This document shows, in pieces, positions 63,671-64,000 of a DNA stretch of 64,000 nt. The stretch's first letter is position 1. Each line of letters begins with the position of its first letter. Where the stretch lies: the IMG/VR virus record IMGVR_UViG_3300031415_000001; one strand, 5' to 3'. The position numbers were made by a program, and so were the translations under genes. The DNA comes from a virus. The notes below the pieces were generated by a model that was not told the DNA's origin, did not search any database, and saw only the letters and a program-made list of their open reading frames with translations.

Positions 63671-64000
63671 TTAGCCCGGAACGTTCTCGAAAGGAAGTGT
63701 CTTTCTGTACTGGTTCCAGCCAGTGAAATTACCGTGAAGGGCAACATTAGCCCATGCAATCCGGCCATAAGTCTGAGCAACAACACCGTCAGGTGTCGCT
63801 TGATGTTCAGCCGGGGAAGCATGTAATGGTGCGGAACCCAGCAGTTTAGTGCAGAGGCTCAGATCTTCTTCAACGGAGGTTTCACGCCCGCTATGCAGCA
63901 GATAACTTACACGAGCACAGCGAGCCACAGAGACTTTCAGTAACAGACGAGTGATCTCCTCCACTGACGGCTCATCACGAGTGATACGGCCTTGTTTAGC
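63671..64000 (-). CDS. hypothetical protein, C-terminal part only (the ORF is open to the right edge of the window)
   Basis: The frame stays open from 64000 down to the stop at 63671. Reads ...CARVSYLLHSG...LHASPAEHQATP...GNFTGWNQYRK. Followed by a terminator. Confidence 0.5.
   Translation of the reverse strand, partial: AKQGRITRDEPSVEEITRLLLKVSVARCARVSYLLHSGRETSVEEDLSLCTKLLGSAPLHASPAEHQATPDGVVAQTYGRIAWANVALHGNFTGWNQYRKTLPFENVPG

Noticed and set aside
63671-64000. Possible ThyX-like thymidylate synthase (ARVSY...HASPAEH resembles the ThyX N-terminal region).
   Set aside because: There is no RHR...S...R ThyX motif, and the ORF ends ~45 aa after the HxSPxEH-like string. Only ~160 nt of non-coding DNA follow, so it cannot be a full or simply frameshifted ThyX. 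It is left as hypothetical.
1-64000. Looked for CRISPR arrays, rRNA, integrase/attP, transposases, reverse transcriptase (DGR or retron) and toxin-antitoxin pairs.
   Set aside because: No regularly spaced direct repeats were seen, and none of the ORF products carries the corresponding catalytic signatures.

Overview
This window is most of the genome of an N4-like podophage (Schitoviridae). The diagnostic gene is a 3491-aa virion-encapsidated single-subunit RNA polymerase at 31104-41579 (+). It is supported by a split T7-like RNAP II (two genes, 1183-2412 and 2725-3561, -), rIIA/rIIB-like genes, a family A DNA polymerase, an N4-type SSB, and a terminase/portal/capsid block in N4 order.

The window has three transcription arms:
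- Arm 1 (about 10038 down to 1, minus strand): early and host-takeover genes. They are small, tightly packed and mostly ORFans, and the arm includes RNAP II.
- Arm 2 (10560-41579, plus strand): packaging, tailspike, lysis cassette, portal, capsid, ejected virion proteins and the vRNAP.
- Arm 3 (64000 down to 41615, minus strand): rIIA/rIIB, helicase, DNA polymerase, exonuclease, primase, AAA ATPase, SSB and RuvC. These are followed by a 4-tRNA island, a second tailspike and a RyR-domain gene.

The arms diverge at a 520-bp hairpin-rich non-coding region (10039-10559) and converge on a bidirectional terminator (about 41584-41617). About 15 intrinsic terminators are visible. No CRISPR array, rRNA, integrase or transposase was seen.

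All domain calls rest on motif recognition by eye and on synteny with phage N4. No database search was possible. I did not find one clear-cut new multi-gene system. The observations most worth following up are:
- a SprT/Spartan-like HEMIH zincin motif just C-terminal of the vRNAP polymerase module;
- twin GNRA-loop hairpins upstream of the first two monocistronic early genes, as candidate vRNAP promoters;
- a tRNA island holding three of the four queuosine-family tRNAs plus a tRNA-Ile that appears to have C33;
- a QPRKSLFG C-terminal tail shared by SSB and a low-complexity neighbour;
- a self-contained two-gene cassette of structural-looking proteins inside the replication module;
- a cluster of small nucleotide-binding-type domains in the early arm.
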